From Stegostoma tigrinum (lineage: Eukaryota): a stretch of DNA of 64,000 nucleotides. Made by a program: the position numbers and the translations under genes. The notes below the pieces were generated by a model. It made no database searches. It saw only the letters and a list, made by a program, of their open reading frames with translations, and was not told the DNA's origin. The stretch is taken from contig NC_081370.1 in the NCBI RefSeq assembly GCF_030684315.1, positions 21,659,578 to 21,723,577 of the forward strand. Reading direction: 5' to 3'. Each line of letters begins with the position of its first letter. The stretch's first letter is position 1. Shown here piece by piece: positions 25,655-38,569 of this stretch.

Positions 25655-27670
25655 ACATAGAAACATAGCAGGGTTAGCCATTTGACTTCTCAAGCATTCA
25701 TTATGGTAAAGCTGATCATCTAGCTCATTACCCTGATACTGCATTACCCCACATCCCTTGGTGTGATAAGCCAGAAGAGCCATATCTACCTACTTCTTGA
25801 AAACACAATGTTGTGGCCTCAGCCTCTTTCTGTGGCAGCGAATTCCTCAAGCTCACCACTTTCTGAAGGAATTTCTCCCTTTCTCAGTCCTAAAAGGTTT
25901 ACATCTTACTTTTCAAATATGATCCCTGGGTTTGAATGCCCCCACTACTGGGAACATCCTTCCTGCATCTACATTGTCTAGTTCTGTTAGAATTCCATAT
26001 GTTTCTATGAGATACACCCTCGTTCTTCTAATCTCCAGTGAACACTAACCTAACTGATTAAATCTCTCCCCATTTGCCAGTACTGCCATCCTGGAAATCA
26101 TTTTGGGGAAACATTTGCTGCACTCTCTCTACAACAAGATCATTATTCCTCAGTTAAGGAAACCAAAATTGCACACAATATTCCAGGGTTCGCCTCACCG
26201 ATGCCCTGTATAGTTGCAGCAAGACATGCTTGTTCCTGAACTTGAATCCACTCGCTATTAAGGCTAACATACTGTTTACCATCTTCACTACCTGCTGTAC
26301 CTGTATGCTTACTTTCAGTAACTCGTGCACAAAGACAGCCAAGTCTCTTTGAACATTCACCTCTCTCAATTTACAGCCAATTAAATAATAATCTGCCTCC
26401 ATATTTTTGCTACCAAAGTGAATCACCCCACATTTATCCATGTAATATAGCTTCTGCATGCACTTGCCCATCAACTCAGCCCATCCAAATCACACTACAA
26501 CATCTCTGCAACTTCCTCATAGCTCACACCTCCAACTAACTTTGAGGCATCTACAAGTTTTGACATATTACATTTAGTTCCCTCGCCTAAATAGCTGGGG
26601 TCCCAGTACCGTTTCGTCCAGCCCCCTACTAGTCACAGCCTGCCATTCAATAAAAGGCCCATTCACTCCCACTCTTTGTTTCCTATCTGCTAAAATTTCT
26701 ATCTATCTCAACACACTCTGCCAATCCCACGTACTTTAATTTTACTTATGAATCTCTTATGTGGGACTGATTAATTCCAATAGTTACGTCCTTGAAGATT
26801 TCTAGTAGGTTTGTCAAGCATGATTTCCTTTTTGTAGAGCCATACTGACTGCGTCTGATACTATCACTGTTTTCTGAGTGCTCTGCCATAAAATCCTTGA
26901 CAATGGATTCTAGCATCATCCCCATTCCTGACGTCAGGCTCACGGGTCCATAATTCCCTGTTTTCTCTGTACCTTCCTTTATTAAATAGTATTAGCTACT
27001 CTCCAGTCTCTAAGGACTATTCCACATTCTAAAGAATCTTGTAAGGTGATGACCAATGCATTCACTACTTCTAGGACCACTTCCTTAAATACTCTGGGAT
27101 GGAGATTATCAGATTCTGGGGATTTATCAGCATTTCATCCCATAAATTTCTCCAATGTAATTTCTGCATTGATATAGATTTGCTCTAGTTCCTCCCAATC
27201 ACTAAACCCTGTATTCCCCATCATTTCTGGTATGTTATTTGTATCCTCCTTTGTAAAGACTGAAGTATGAATTCAGTTCATCAGCCATTTCCTTGTCCTC
27301 ATTTTAAGTTCCCTCATTTCTGACTGGAAGGGGCCTACATTAGCCTTCACCAATATTTTTCTATTTACATATCTACAGAAACTTGAAATATTAATTCTTA
27401 TACTCCCTGCAAGCGTACTCTCATATCCAATTGCCCTTCTTAATAAATCTCTAGGTCCTTCTTTGCTGAATCCTAAACTGTTGTCAATCCTCAAGTCTAT
27501 TATTTTTCCTGCCAATGTTTATGCTTCTTTTGTATATCTCATGCTAATTCTAACCTCCCTCACAAACCATGGTTTGGCCACTCTTCTCGTAGCACTCTTG
27601 CACCAGACAGGAATAAACATTTCTTCTAGTTCACCCATTTGCTCTTTGAATTTTGCCTTTGCCTGTAGAC
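25655..27670 (-). mobile_element. Degraded CR1 LINE
   Basis: ORFs 26154..26474 (DKCGVIHFG..LEYCVQFW), 26746..26943 (KSCLTNLLE) and 27273..27515. Confidence 0.88.
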
Positions 27671-27859
27671 TGTTCTTCCTTCTAGCAACATTTCTCAACA
27701 CATCATAGCAGCACATTTCTATTGTGCACATTGACAAAACTGCTCTGTGTGTGATATAATCATACGACAATATCAGGGATACAGTCGCAATTTGACATGG
27801 CACTTAGAGCATCAGATGACACCAAGCATAATTTGAGTATTGCTAGTTACTGAAGGAGC

Positions 27860-28660
27860 CCATGTGCAAATGCAACAAGACCTAGACAATAATCAGAATT
27901 GGGTTGACGAGTGGCAAATAACATTCACATCACACAAAAGGCAGGCAACAATCATTTGCAATCAAGAAAAACTTAGCCATCTCCCTTAACATTTAATGGC
28001 ATTTCATCACTGAACTGCTCATTATCAACATCTTGCACATTACCATTGTTGGGAACTGAACTGAACCAGAATTATAAATACTGTGACTCCACAGATTAGA
28101 GACTGGGAATTCTGAGATGAATAACTCACCTCCTGACCCGCAAAGCCTGAGTACCATTTACAAGGCACAACTTGGGAGTGTGATGGAATTCTGTCCATTT
28201 ACCTGGATGTGTGCAACTCCAAAAGTCATTCAAGAAACTTGATAACATCCAGGTCAAAGTAGCCTGCTTGACTGGGACCACTCAGCAGATATTCGCCCAC
28301 TTTACCACTGACACACAGCGACAGCAGTGTGTAACATCACAGGATGCCCCACAGCAACCTACCAAATCTTTCAACAGCATCTTCCAAACCCTTGATTTCT
28401 ACAATGTAGAAGGACAAGGAATGTCGAGTAATGGGAACATCACCATTTGAAAGCTCCACTCCATATGAACTTGGAACTGGGTGTTCCTTCAATGTCACTC
28501 AGTCAAAATCTTGGAAATCTCTACCAAACAGAACAGTGGGTGTACCCACAACACGTGGACTGCATTGGTTAAAAAATTGCATCACCACGATCATTTCAAG
28601 GGAAATCAGAGATGGGCATTAAATGCTGGCCCAGCCAGTGAGACCCACATCCTATGAACA
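27860..28660 (+). mobile_element. 3' part of a CR1/L2-clade LINE
   Basis: Colinear with 21590-22325, with the same 3' tail. Confidence 0.72.
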
Positions 28661-28743
28661 ATTTTTAAAAAATTTAAACTGTATCCATGGTGCCTCCTTG
28701 ATAGATATTCACTTTGTTGCTTTAATATCAATACAACACTCAC

Positions 28744-28860
28744 AATCCTCTCTTTCAGAGCAATCAGTTCCTCTTCTTCCTTCTTCCTATTCTCAAAATG
28801 AAGATCAATCAGGGCCTGTAGCTCAATCAGATCTTTGTTCTGACGCTTTTTCTGGATGTC
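28744..28860 (-). CDS. TNNT3: TNNT3 exon ([39 protein letters not shown]), 117 nt
   Basis: tttag|GAC ATC CAG...AGG ATT|gtgagt; tropomyosin-binding region. Confidence 0.97.
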
Positions 28861-30009
28861 CTAAATACGACACAAACACAGAAAAATCAGAGCAATAGAA
28901 TAAAAATCAGATCACAACTGAGTCATATACCACAAGTGAACAATACAGAGGAGGGCACAATGCTAATATATCTATACTATGATTTTTACTCCTTCTGAAT
29001 CTCTAGAAATGTACTAATTAATACAAATGTAACAGATATCATCAAAATCATATTGAGTGCAAAGTATAGTCCAGGAACTGTTGTATTAGACAAACACATT
29101 AATCTATTATTATGCAGGCACCTTATATATTTGATATATTCAAAGTTTACAACTAATTTGTTTTGGAGAAACAAAGCTATTTACTGCTAAGGATGCTCAC
29201 TTGATAACTTTATAACGTCTTTCAAGTATAGGAGGCATGAACTTACTGCTGACTTAAAGGAACTTCATTCAGTAATTTTCTCTAATAACTCTGAATAACT
29301 GGTTCATTACATCACTTCCCAACTGTAATGACCTGAAAGAAACAAAACCTCTTTGAGGCCATCTATTACTAGGATGTTCATGATGTATTGGAGATCACAA
29401 ATGTTTAAAAATTGCAAATGAGACCTGGATCAAGAAGTCCCACTCCTATTTCTAACTGATCCCATCTTTGCTGAGAAAGGAAGAGAGTGGGATGTCACCC
29501 ATGATTAAATCCAAACTCAGCATGACCAACTAAACATGGTACTCAGATTGTGTTTCCCTCAAAGTGATCCCATTTTTGCAAGGGTTTTAACCACTCTGTG
29601 GCAATTGTGAACTTTAAGAATCGTGAAAACTCTTGAAGGGAGGAGATGATCTGTGGAAGTGTCAAATGGTCTGGTTATTTGAATCCCCAGTCCTTTATGA
29701 ACTACACTAGCTGTTTGTTGTCATTTTTCCAAGGGCAATCATTATGTAATCCTTTCCGTTTCACAGTTTCCATAACTCAGTATTGGCTCATTAAAGTGTT
29801 GCAAGTTCACAGTTGATTGGCAACTCAAAAAGGTTATTAAAGACTGTTTATCTTTAATGCATCTTTATGAATGTTTATATTGGATTAAGGTCTTGCGGAA
29901 CTTATAGTCTTTTGAATGGGCTTCCATGAGTGGAAGTTTTTGTTAGCTATAGTAAAAGGTAACAGTGGACATTTTGAACTCCATTTTACTTAATCTAGAC
30001 ATTATTTCT

Positions 30010-30280
30010 GACGTCGATTACTACCTGAATGGCAATAAATTGGGAGAGGGGAGTGTGTAGCCGGACCTGTGCGTCATTGTGTACCAGTTGCTGAAGGTAA
30101 GCATGAGGGTGCAGCAGGTGGTAAAGAAGGCAAATTGTATGTTAGCCTTTGTTGTGAGACGTTTCGAGTACAGGAGCAGGGATGTGTTGCGGTAGTTATA
30201 CAGTACGTTGATGAGGCCACACCTAGAATACAGTTTTGGTCTCATTTTCTGTGGAGGGATGCTCTTGCTCTCAAGGGAGG
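30010..30280 (+). mobile_element. CR1 RT fragment
   Basis: gattactacctgaatggc...gaggccacacctagaata matches the CR1 RT C-terminal region. Confidence 0.75.
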
Positions 30281-31285
30281 CAGAATAAGAGGTGCTGCTC
30301 CTCCAGTTGTGGGGGGTGTCACTGAAACCTGACTGCCCCAGGTGACCCATTGTCTCTGCATGCTCCTGCCCCACTGAACTCGTCTCCTCTTAAATTCACT
30401 CTGTTTTCTCCCAACCTATGTCCAGGACACCAGCCACACCCTCCACCGCCTCCAAAACTTGCAAGTACCTGATTCCCCAACACCTCATCTTCGCTATGGA
30501 CCTCCAATCCCTGTACACTTACACCCATCACATGGATGGTCTAAAAGCCGTCCACTTCTTTCTTTCCCACAAGCCCAACCAGTCCCACTATACCAACACC
30601 CACATCTGCTTAACCAAACTCGTCCTTACCCTTAAACAACTTTTCCTTTAACTCCTCCCACTTCATACAGACTAAGGGGGTGGACATGAGCACCCACATG
30701 GGCCCACGCTGTACCCAGGATAGTAGGATACATGGAACACTTCCTTTCCTGCTGTTACACTGGCACTATCCCCCATCTCTTCCTCCTCTACATTGATAAT
30801 TGTATCGGTGTTGTCTCATGCTCCCAACAGGTGCTTGAATAGTTCAATTAATTTTACTAACACCTTTCACCTCAAGTTCAGATTCACCTGTACCATCTCC
30901 AATACCTCCCTCTCCTTCCTGGACCTCTCCATCTCCATCTTTGGTGACCACTCCAAAACTGGCATGTTTTAAGCCCCCCAACTCCCACAGCTATCTGGAC
31001 TTGCTCACCTTCCTGCAAGAATGTGATCCCCGACTCCCAATTCCTCTGCCTGCACCTCATCTGCTCCCAAGATGGGGCATTCCACTACTGCATATCCCAG
31101 ATGGCCTCGTATTTCAAGGACTGCAGCTCTTTCTACCCCACTCCCCAACCAGTGATTGAAATGCCCTCGCCCGCATCCCTTGAGTTTCCAGCACCTCTGC
31201 CTTCATATTCCCCACACCCCCACCAAAAATAAAGACAGAACCCCCTTTGTCCTCATACCACCCCACCAACCTCCACATCCAACTG
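30281..31285 (+). mobile_element. Degraded Penelope-like RT fragment with a short inverted 5' piece
   Basis: IFAMDLQSLYTY motif (ORF 30418..30651); colinear with 35450-36420. Confidence 0.82.
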
Positions 31286-31289
31286 TATT

Positions 31290-32400
31290 GGAAAAGTGAT
31301 AGGAATAGGAATAAACCATTTGGCCCCTCAAGCTTGTTCCACCTTACATCAGATTTGTCCTAATCTGCAACCTAACTCCCATCTTCCATAATACACTTAG
31401 ATAACAAAAACTATCAATGTCGGATTTAAAACTTCCAACTGATTTCCTAATTTCTACAATTCTTTAAGTAAAGTTTCCAAATTTTACTCCCGGAAGGTCT
31501 GGTCCTCAGGTTTAGATTATGCTTCTTCGTCCTGGAACTCACAGCCAGTGAGAGTAGTTTTCCCATATTTAATCCATTAAATTTGTAAAAACTTCCATCC
31601 AATCACCCTTCGTCCTTCTAAATGCCGGAGAATACAACACTTGTTTGTGTAGTTTCTGAAATTTAATCCTTTTCGTCCAGGCATTTTCTCATAAACTAAT
31701 GTTGTACTTTACGTGTGCACTTCCCAAGACCATACATGTACTTCCTTAGTTTGGTTTCCAGAACTGTTCAGTTTCCTTTAATCATTGTCTAGCTGAAACA
31801 TGACTTTACTCCTTAATAGTCTGATCTCCTCAACAAAGCGATCAGTGTTCCATTAATATTTTTGTTATTTTTGGTCATTGTTCATGACACTTTAAGGATT
31901 CATGTAAGTAGCTCCCTAAGCAATTTTTTAACCCCTACTGTTTCTAGCTTTACACCATTTGAAAGAATTTGTTTTGGGTCTTGGCTGGTGACCCCATTGG
32001 GGCCTAAATTGAAATCCATTTTGTCACAGTTTTCCCCATTCATGTCATATAAATACCCCCACTTTGTAATTTTACACTTGCATCTATATTGCTTACATGA
32101 CACTTTCATGTAGATATTCTGAAAAGATAGAAATAATGGCTCAAAGAGATTTTTGAACTTGTATCGTGATCTCATTGCTCCTTTTCTAGACAGGGAGAAA
32201 AACAATTATGCAGGATTTCTCCCTTCAGTACCCGTTACTGAGATGTGCACTTCCGGATATTGGTCAATGATACAATCTAAATTGGCATTATCTTGACAGG
32301 ATTACATAGTATACTGAAGCTAATTTTCTGCTTTCATTCATAACATTTTAACCCTTTATTAAGCTTCAGTGAATTGCTGCTGGTTGTAGTCCTTGCACCT
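31290..32400 (-). mobile_element. Degraded CR1 3' fragment
   Basis: aggaataaaccatttggcccctcaagc 3'UTR motif and downstream patches. Confidence 0.55.
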
Positions 32401-32605
32401 TGTTGAATACCTCCCTATAGGTGAGGAGTGGCGACTGCTTTGAGAAAGTAGAAAAAGTAGCTCTTCACTAAAGAATGATGAACTTACAATTATTGCCAAC
32501 ATTTGATAATGGATGTTAATGAATAAAAAAAATTTCAAGAAGCCATCGATGAAAAAGCAAGCATGTCAGTCATGAATCATTTGTTGGATAATTTCCTGTA
32601 CTCAC

Positions 32606-32651
32606 ATCAAAGTCAACTTTCTCTCCTTCTGGGATTTTGGGAGCAGTCAGC
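32606..32651 (-). CDS. TNNT3: TNNT3 exon (LTAPKIPEGEKVDFD), 46 nt
   Basis: ttttaacag|...|gtgagt; conserved troponin T peptide. Confidence 0.97.
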
Positions 32652-33605
32652 CTGTTAAAAATAAAGTAAGTAATGATACCTAGAACTTAGACTACAAAAG
32701 TTTTGGAAATGTTTTGGAAATTATTTCTTCATTTTGGTGAAAGATGTGTGTACTCTGGGGAATAAAACATTTTCAGTTTCAATTATCCTAACTTCTATTC
32801 CCATGGCTCTGTATTGATTACTTTTACTCACCACCACACTATTTTTTTTCACATTAAAGACTGCACCAACTTTCCAGATATGTGGGAAAATCTGATGGTC
32901 AGGGTTTGTCCACCCATTACACTAGCCTATACAAAGCCCTGAGATTTTCAAAGTCACAGAAGTGATAATGACACCCTCTATTTAAAAGTCATCATTGTGG
33001 TTCCTTGCAATGTTGCTATAATCCTATTCAGCGTCTTTCAGATCCACATATTGTCATTGTAGTCCCCACAATAATGCAATGTCCCTTCAGTTGTCTGGGT
33101 TAGTTCAGCAGGTCACTTTATTCTCAACCCCCAACCAAGGTATACCAAGAAAGACAGGGCAAGGTAATGAAAAGGAAACACAAACAAAGAGAAGAAAAAG
33201 ATATGACGAGAAGTCTAACACTTTTGCACTCCAATAATGGGGCGTGCTCAAAGTGAACAAATATCATAGAATTAAAGTTAGTTCCTTCGAGCAATGTTCA
33301 ATGCAGAAAACATGGGGAATCACATGCATTTGTCTGGAACTTAGAAAGAGACAGCCATTAAAGGTCAGATAGAGGTAAGGGTGAAGAGAACGGTGAAGAG
33401 AGAGTGAGACGGATGGCAAATAAATAAGGACGGAAGCAAAATTTTAAACCAGCAGAAGTGGGATGGAAAAAAACAACAGAAAGAAAAGGAAGTACGGTCT
33501 GAGAGAAAGACATATTAAACAAGGAACTGAAGGAGAAGTAAGAGAAAGAAGAGGGCCTACTCCTCCATTAAATAAACCTTCAAATTGTAACAAATCACTA
33601 CTCAC

Positions 33606-33627
33606 TTCATCCTTGGCTTCTCCTCCT
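33606..33627 (-). CDS. TNNT3: TNNT3 exon (EEEKPRMK)
   Basis: tttttctacag|AGGAGGAGAAGCCAAGGATGAA|gtgagt; equivalent of the amniote EEKPRPK exon. Confidence 0.92.
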
Positions 33628-34599
33628 CTGTAGAAAAATAAAAAAAACCGAAAAAATAAATTAGATACATGATCCAAAATCAAAAACAAAGTACAGCATC
33701 AAAATATTGTATTTTTAAAAATCTACTGCGTTGCAAATAAAATTATATGTTTCTTCTCAATTTTTTCTTTAATTTCCTGAAGGTGTTGACTCCTTGTTGG
33801 GACAGTCCTGCAGATGATGGATATTGTTCAATATCCGCACCAAATGCCAATTATTCAAGTGTGATTATTTATCAGTGTATAAGAGCAGTCTACTCATTCA
33901 CAGCAACAATCAGAGCTGAACCTGCTCCCATATGCACATATGATTCTCTCTCACAGACGTTTTCTATCATCTATTCTGGAATAGCAGTCAGAAACTAGGG
34001 GCCTGACTAATAATTTCTTCCTGGCCGATTAAGTGTTACCAAATATCTGAAACACTACCGAAACATAAGTCAACAGCTTTAGAACAAAATAGGAGCTGGG
34101 GAGGAAAATAAATAACAATTAAAAACACCGAGGAGATTACATTAACAAAATAGAACAGTGGTTTATCATTTTCAATAAAGTCAAAATTAACAAAATTGTG
34201 AGTTAAAGAGTGGCTGTGCTCTGGTTTGTCTGGTATGGCTAGGTAAGTCAATAGTTAACATACCAACAAAAATAAAATTGATTTTTAATAAGAACTCACA
34301 GGGAATGAGGCACTTCACAGATTTGATCAATTTTTCAAAGCATGGTGTATTTTATTCAGTTTTCAGCAGCAGAATATTGTGATTCTAGGATTCTCAAATT
34401 GTTAAATGTTAAAAGAGGTCAATTTTTATAAATTAATATTAATGGCAGACTTATCATCTGCTAATCCGGGGAATTAATCTGGTATAACAACAAAGAAAAG
34501 AACCTATGAACGGAGGCTCTATATTTCTACCATCCACCTGTAAACACAGCTAACAGCGAAATGCTCTCTCACTCATAACTTTAACCTCACTGTCTTGCC

Positions 34600-34826
34600 T
34601 GTAGTGACTGTAACAAGGTCAGCCAGTTGGACCGCATAGAAAATGAGTTCCTTGATTGGGGCTGCTAATCAGGGAGCCCTGGCTGATAGACAAAAACAGG
34701 AATTCAGACATCCTGCTCACTCTGAGATCTGGCTTTGAGAGAGCTGTATCAGTGTCGAGGACACTGCATGTGTAAATAAAGGGTGATTTGGTGACACGAT
34801 ACTGACCTCTGTGCGGAGTTATTTCA
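34600..34826 (+). mobile_element. Solo LTR (227 bp) with a 5-bp target-site duplication
   Basis: Begins TGTAGT, ends ATTTCA, internal AATAAA at about 34775, flanked by ttgcc at 34595-34599 and 34827-34831. Confidence 0.85.
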
Positions 34827-35239
34827 TTGCCTGGTAGAAGAACCTAAGTATTCAACAATCATGAAGTTTTTAAAAATTAGCTTTTGATGTTATAGGTGTT
34901 TACCCAATTAAATCACATATACTTTGAATAGCTTGAATTGAAGTTGTGTGTTGTATTTGTTTTGCCTCATTTGTTTACTATTTTGTGTACTGTGTTGGGG
35001 TCTTTGCCCAACATTAGTCTTAATTGCAACATCCGAGTAACGCCTGTAGCCTGATATAACTTCTTCCTAGTTTCCAAGCCTTAGGTACTGTGTATATGGA
35101 ACAACAATCCATCAAATTGTTCTCACTGCCACAACTGTTATTCAGCTATAGGTTGAGGAAGTCATGACGACAATAATGTTTGACATGAAATTAGTGCATT
35201 TGTCTTTTGCATCATCTATTCCAGTTTACAAGTCATTGG

Positions 35240-37358
35240 AGGTAATGGGAACTGCAGATGTTGGAGAATCCGAGATAACAAAGTGTAGAGTTTGATAAAC
35301 ACAACAGGCCAAGCAGCATCTTAGGAGCACCAAACCATCATCTCCCAAACCATCCACAACCTCATCACCTCAGGTGACCTCCCACCCACAGCCTCCAAAC
35401 TCATTGTTCCCCAACGCCACACCACCTGCTTCTATCTCCTTCCCAAAATCCACAAACCTGCCTGCCCTGGTCAACGCATTGTCTCCACCTGCTCCTGCCC
35501 CATCGAACTCATCTCCACCTATCTGGACTCCATCTTCTCCCCCTTGGTGCAGGAACTCCCTGCCTGCGTCTGTGACACCACCCACGCCCATCGACCTCCT
35601 CCAGAACTTCCAATTCCCCGGTCCCCAACACTTCGTTTTTACTATGGATGTCCAGCCACTATACACCCGCATTCCCCATGCACATGGCCGAAAGGCCCTC
35701 CACTTCTTCCTGTCCCACAGGCCCAACCAGTCCCCCTCTACTGACAGCCTCATCCAACTAGCCGAACTTGTCTTCACCTTCAACAACTTCTCTTTTGATT
35801 CCTCCCACTTCCTACAGACAAAGGGGGTGGCCATGGGTACCTGTATGGGCCCAAGCTATGCCTGCCTCTTTGTAGGTTACATGGAACAATCCCTCTTCCG
35901 AAGCTACACTGGCTCTAAACACCACCTCTTCCTCCGCTACATTGATGACTGTATCGGTGTCGCCTCATGCTCCGACGAGGAACTCGAACAGTGCATCCGC
36001 TTCACCAACACCTTCCACCCCAACCTCAAGTTCACCTGGACTATCTGTAACACCTCCCCCACCTTCCTGGACCTTTCTATCTCCATCTCAGGCAACCACC
36101 TAGAAACCGATATCCATTTCAAGCCCACCGACTCCCACCAACCTTCTTGCAAAAATGCCATCTCCTATTCTCAATTCCTTCGCCTCCGCTGCATCTGCTC
36201 CCAGGATGAGACATTCCACTCCTGTACATCTCAGATGTCCTCATTTTTCAAGGTCCGCAACATCCCCCCCCACCCCCCGCAGTGGTCGAGAATGCCCTCA
36301 ACCGTGTCTCCCATATTTCCCACAACTCAGCTCTCATGCTCTGTCCCCACAATAACAACCAAAACAGAATCCCCCTCGTCCTCACATACCACCCCACCAA
36401 CCTCTGGATCCAACGCATCATCCTCCGACACTTCCGCCATCTGCAATCCAACCCCACCACCAAAGGCATTTTTTCCTCCCCACTTTGTCTGCTTTCCTGA
36501 GGGACCACTCTCTCCGTGACTCCCTTGTCTGCTACACACTCCCCTCCAACCCCACCACACCCGGCACTTGTCCCTGCAACTGCAGGAAGTGCTACACCTG
36601 GCCCCATACCTCCTCCCTCACCCCCATCCCAGGCCCCAAGAAGACTTTGCACATCAAGCAGATTTTCACCAGCACCTCTGCAAATGTGGTATACTGCATC
36701 AGCTGTACCCATTGTGGCCTCCTCTACATCGGGGAAACCAAGCAGAGGCTTGGGGACCACTTTGCAGAACACTAATGCTCGATTCGCAATAAACAACTGC
36801 ACCACTCAGTCACAAACCATTTCAACTCCTCCTCCCATTCCTCAGATGACATGCCCATCCTGGGCCTCCTGCAGTGCCACAACGATGCCACCCGAAGGTT
36901 GCAGGAACAGCAACTCATATTCTGCTTGGGAACCCTGCAGCCCAATGGTATCAATGTGGATTTCACAAGCTTCAAAATCTCCCCTCCCACTACTGCATTC
37001 CAAAACCAGTCCAGCTCATCCCCACCTCCTTAACAGTTCATCCTCTCACCTATCCCTTCCTCCCACCTCAAGCCGCACCCCCTTTTCCTACCTAATAACC
37101 TCATCCTGCCCCCTTGACCTGTCCATCCTTTCCGGACTGACCTATCCCCTCCCTACCTCCCCACCTACACCTCTACTGGCTCCATCCCCACCTCTTTAAC
37201 TTGACTGTCTCCGCTCCACCTATCTTCTCCTCTATCCATCTTCGATCCACCTCTCCCTCCCCCTTTCTGATGAAGGGTCTTGGCCCGAAACTCAGCTTTT
37301 GTGCTCCTAAGATGCTGCTTGGCCTGCTGTGTTCATCCAGCTCCACACCTTGTATTAT
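35240..37358 (+). mobile_element. Penelope-like retroelement (RT plus GIY-YIG endonuclease), 5'-truncated, frameshifted, with inverted terminal segment
   Basis: ORF 35374..36519 (FTMDVQPLYT, KGVAMGTCMGPSYACLF, LRYIDD); ORF 36485..36775 (NVVYCISCTHCGLLYIGETKQRLGDHFAEH); 35240-35330 is an inverted copy of the 3' pLTR. Confidence 0.93.
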
Positions 37359-38545
37359 AGGTCATTGGACCCCTGTCCTTTTCATGCTGGTGTGCTGACC
37401 ATATAATTTGATGTCCACCAGCAACGCTGGCATAACATAGCAAAAAAAAATTAACCTCCAGTCATTATCACTGCAAAGAAGAATGATGGGGTGGGGTCTA
37501 AAGGAAACACAATTATCTTAGTACCACTACTTATCAATGGGACATGAGAACTGAACGGTCATTGAGATACAGTGGACCATTAAAAATGAATAAATACCCT
37601 ATCCTTGAAGCATGCTACCTTCAGAAAAAAGTGACAAACACTGCTTCCTGTTTGTTCACAAACACACTGGATAATCACACTGAAATGCAAAATTGCATCT
37701 TTTACACGTGAGGTCATGGTAATGAAAACCACACACACTGTTGTTCTTCCCAACTGAAGCAAAATGTTTGTACAGAACTTTCAACACTTATCCCAACATC
37801 AGGTCACATCGCTATTAAAGCTTGTTAAAATGATGATACCCTTTGACTGTACCAACTACCCATCTAGTAAGAGATGCATTTCCCATCATAAATGAAAAAT
37901 AAAGAGAAAAAGGTGGCAAAATGCACTCCTGCATGGTTTTTGTAAATAACTTTTCCATCTTAAAAGTATCCCCTTTGTCTTTTTCAAACAAAAGCATGGC
38001 AGGAGGTGCGTGCACATTAAATCCATTTTCCTTTTCCCCCAGCACTCCAACTTGTAGCCTTTTCCACAATTTAGCCGGAACTTCCTACTGTGGAGAAGGT
38101 CCACAGCCTTCTGCTAAAACTTCTATCAATATTGCTGATTGTGCAGCAATGTCACCCAACTAACATTTAACACCTTTATTTGTCACATCCTGCTACCAAC
38201 AATATCAGCAAAAACACACACTAAACACTCAAAGAAATTAGACTATTTTTGAAATGAAGACAGACTTATGAAACTGACAGTGTAATAGACAACATTAATA
38301 TTTTAGCAATTAACACTGTGAATAAAACCAAAAATAGCCAGGTTGTAAAGTTTTAATGAACACTGCAGTGAAATCTGTTAGTCAAAGTGCTTGCTGAATC
38401 CTGGAGCCATATAACGTTTTATATGGCTGCTATTGGATCATCTCAAGCCACGCATTTAGAAGAATTAACCTCAGAGAACTGGGGGAAGGGGAAGACAGTT
38501 AGAGTTCAGTGGGGTGAATTTACATTGATGATAAAGCAAAAATAC

Positions 38546-38569
38546 CGTCTTCTTCTTCGTTTCCATAAA
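38546..38569 (-). CDS. TNNT3: TNNT3 24-nt cassette microexon (VYGNEEED), fetal-exon position
   Basis: U-rich tract tgttttttgttgcaacgcacag|TTTATGGAAACGAAGAAGAAGACG|gtattt; phase 1-1. Confidence 0.72.

Noticed and set aside
35370-37199. Long Pro/Ser-rich and antisense ORFs (154, 185, 227 aa)
   Set aside because: Alternative frames of the C-rich Penelope element
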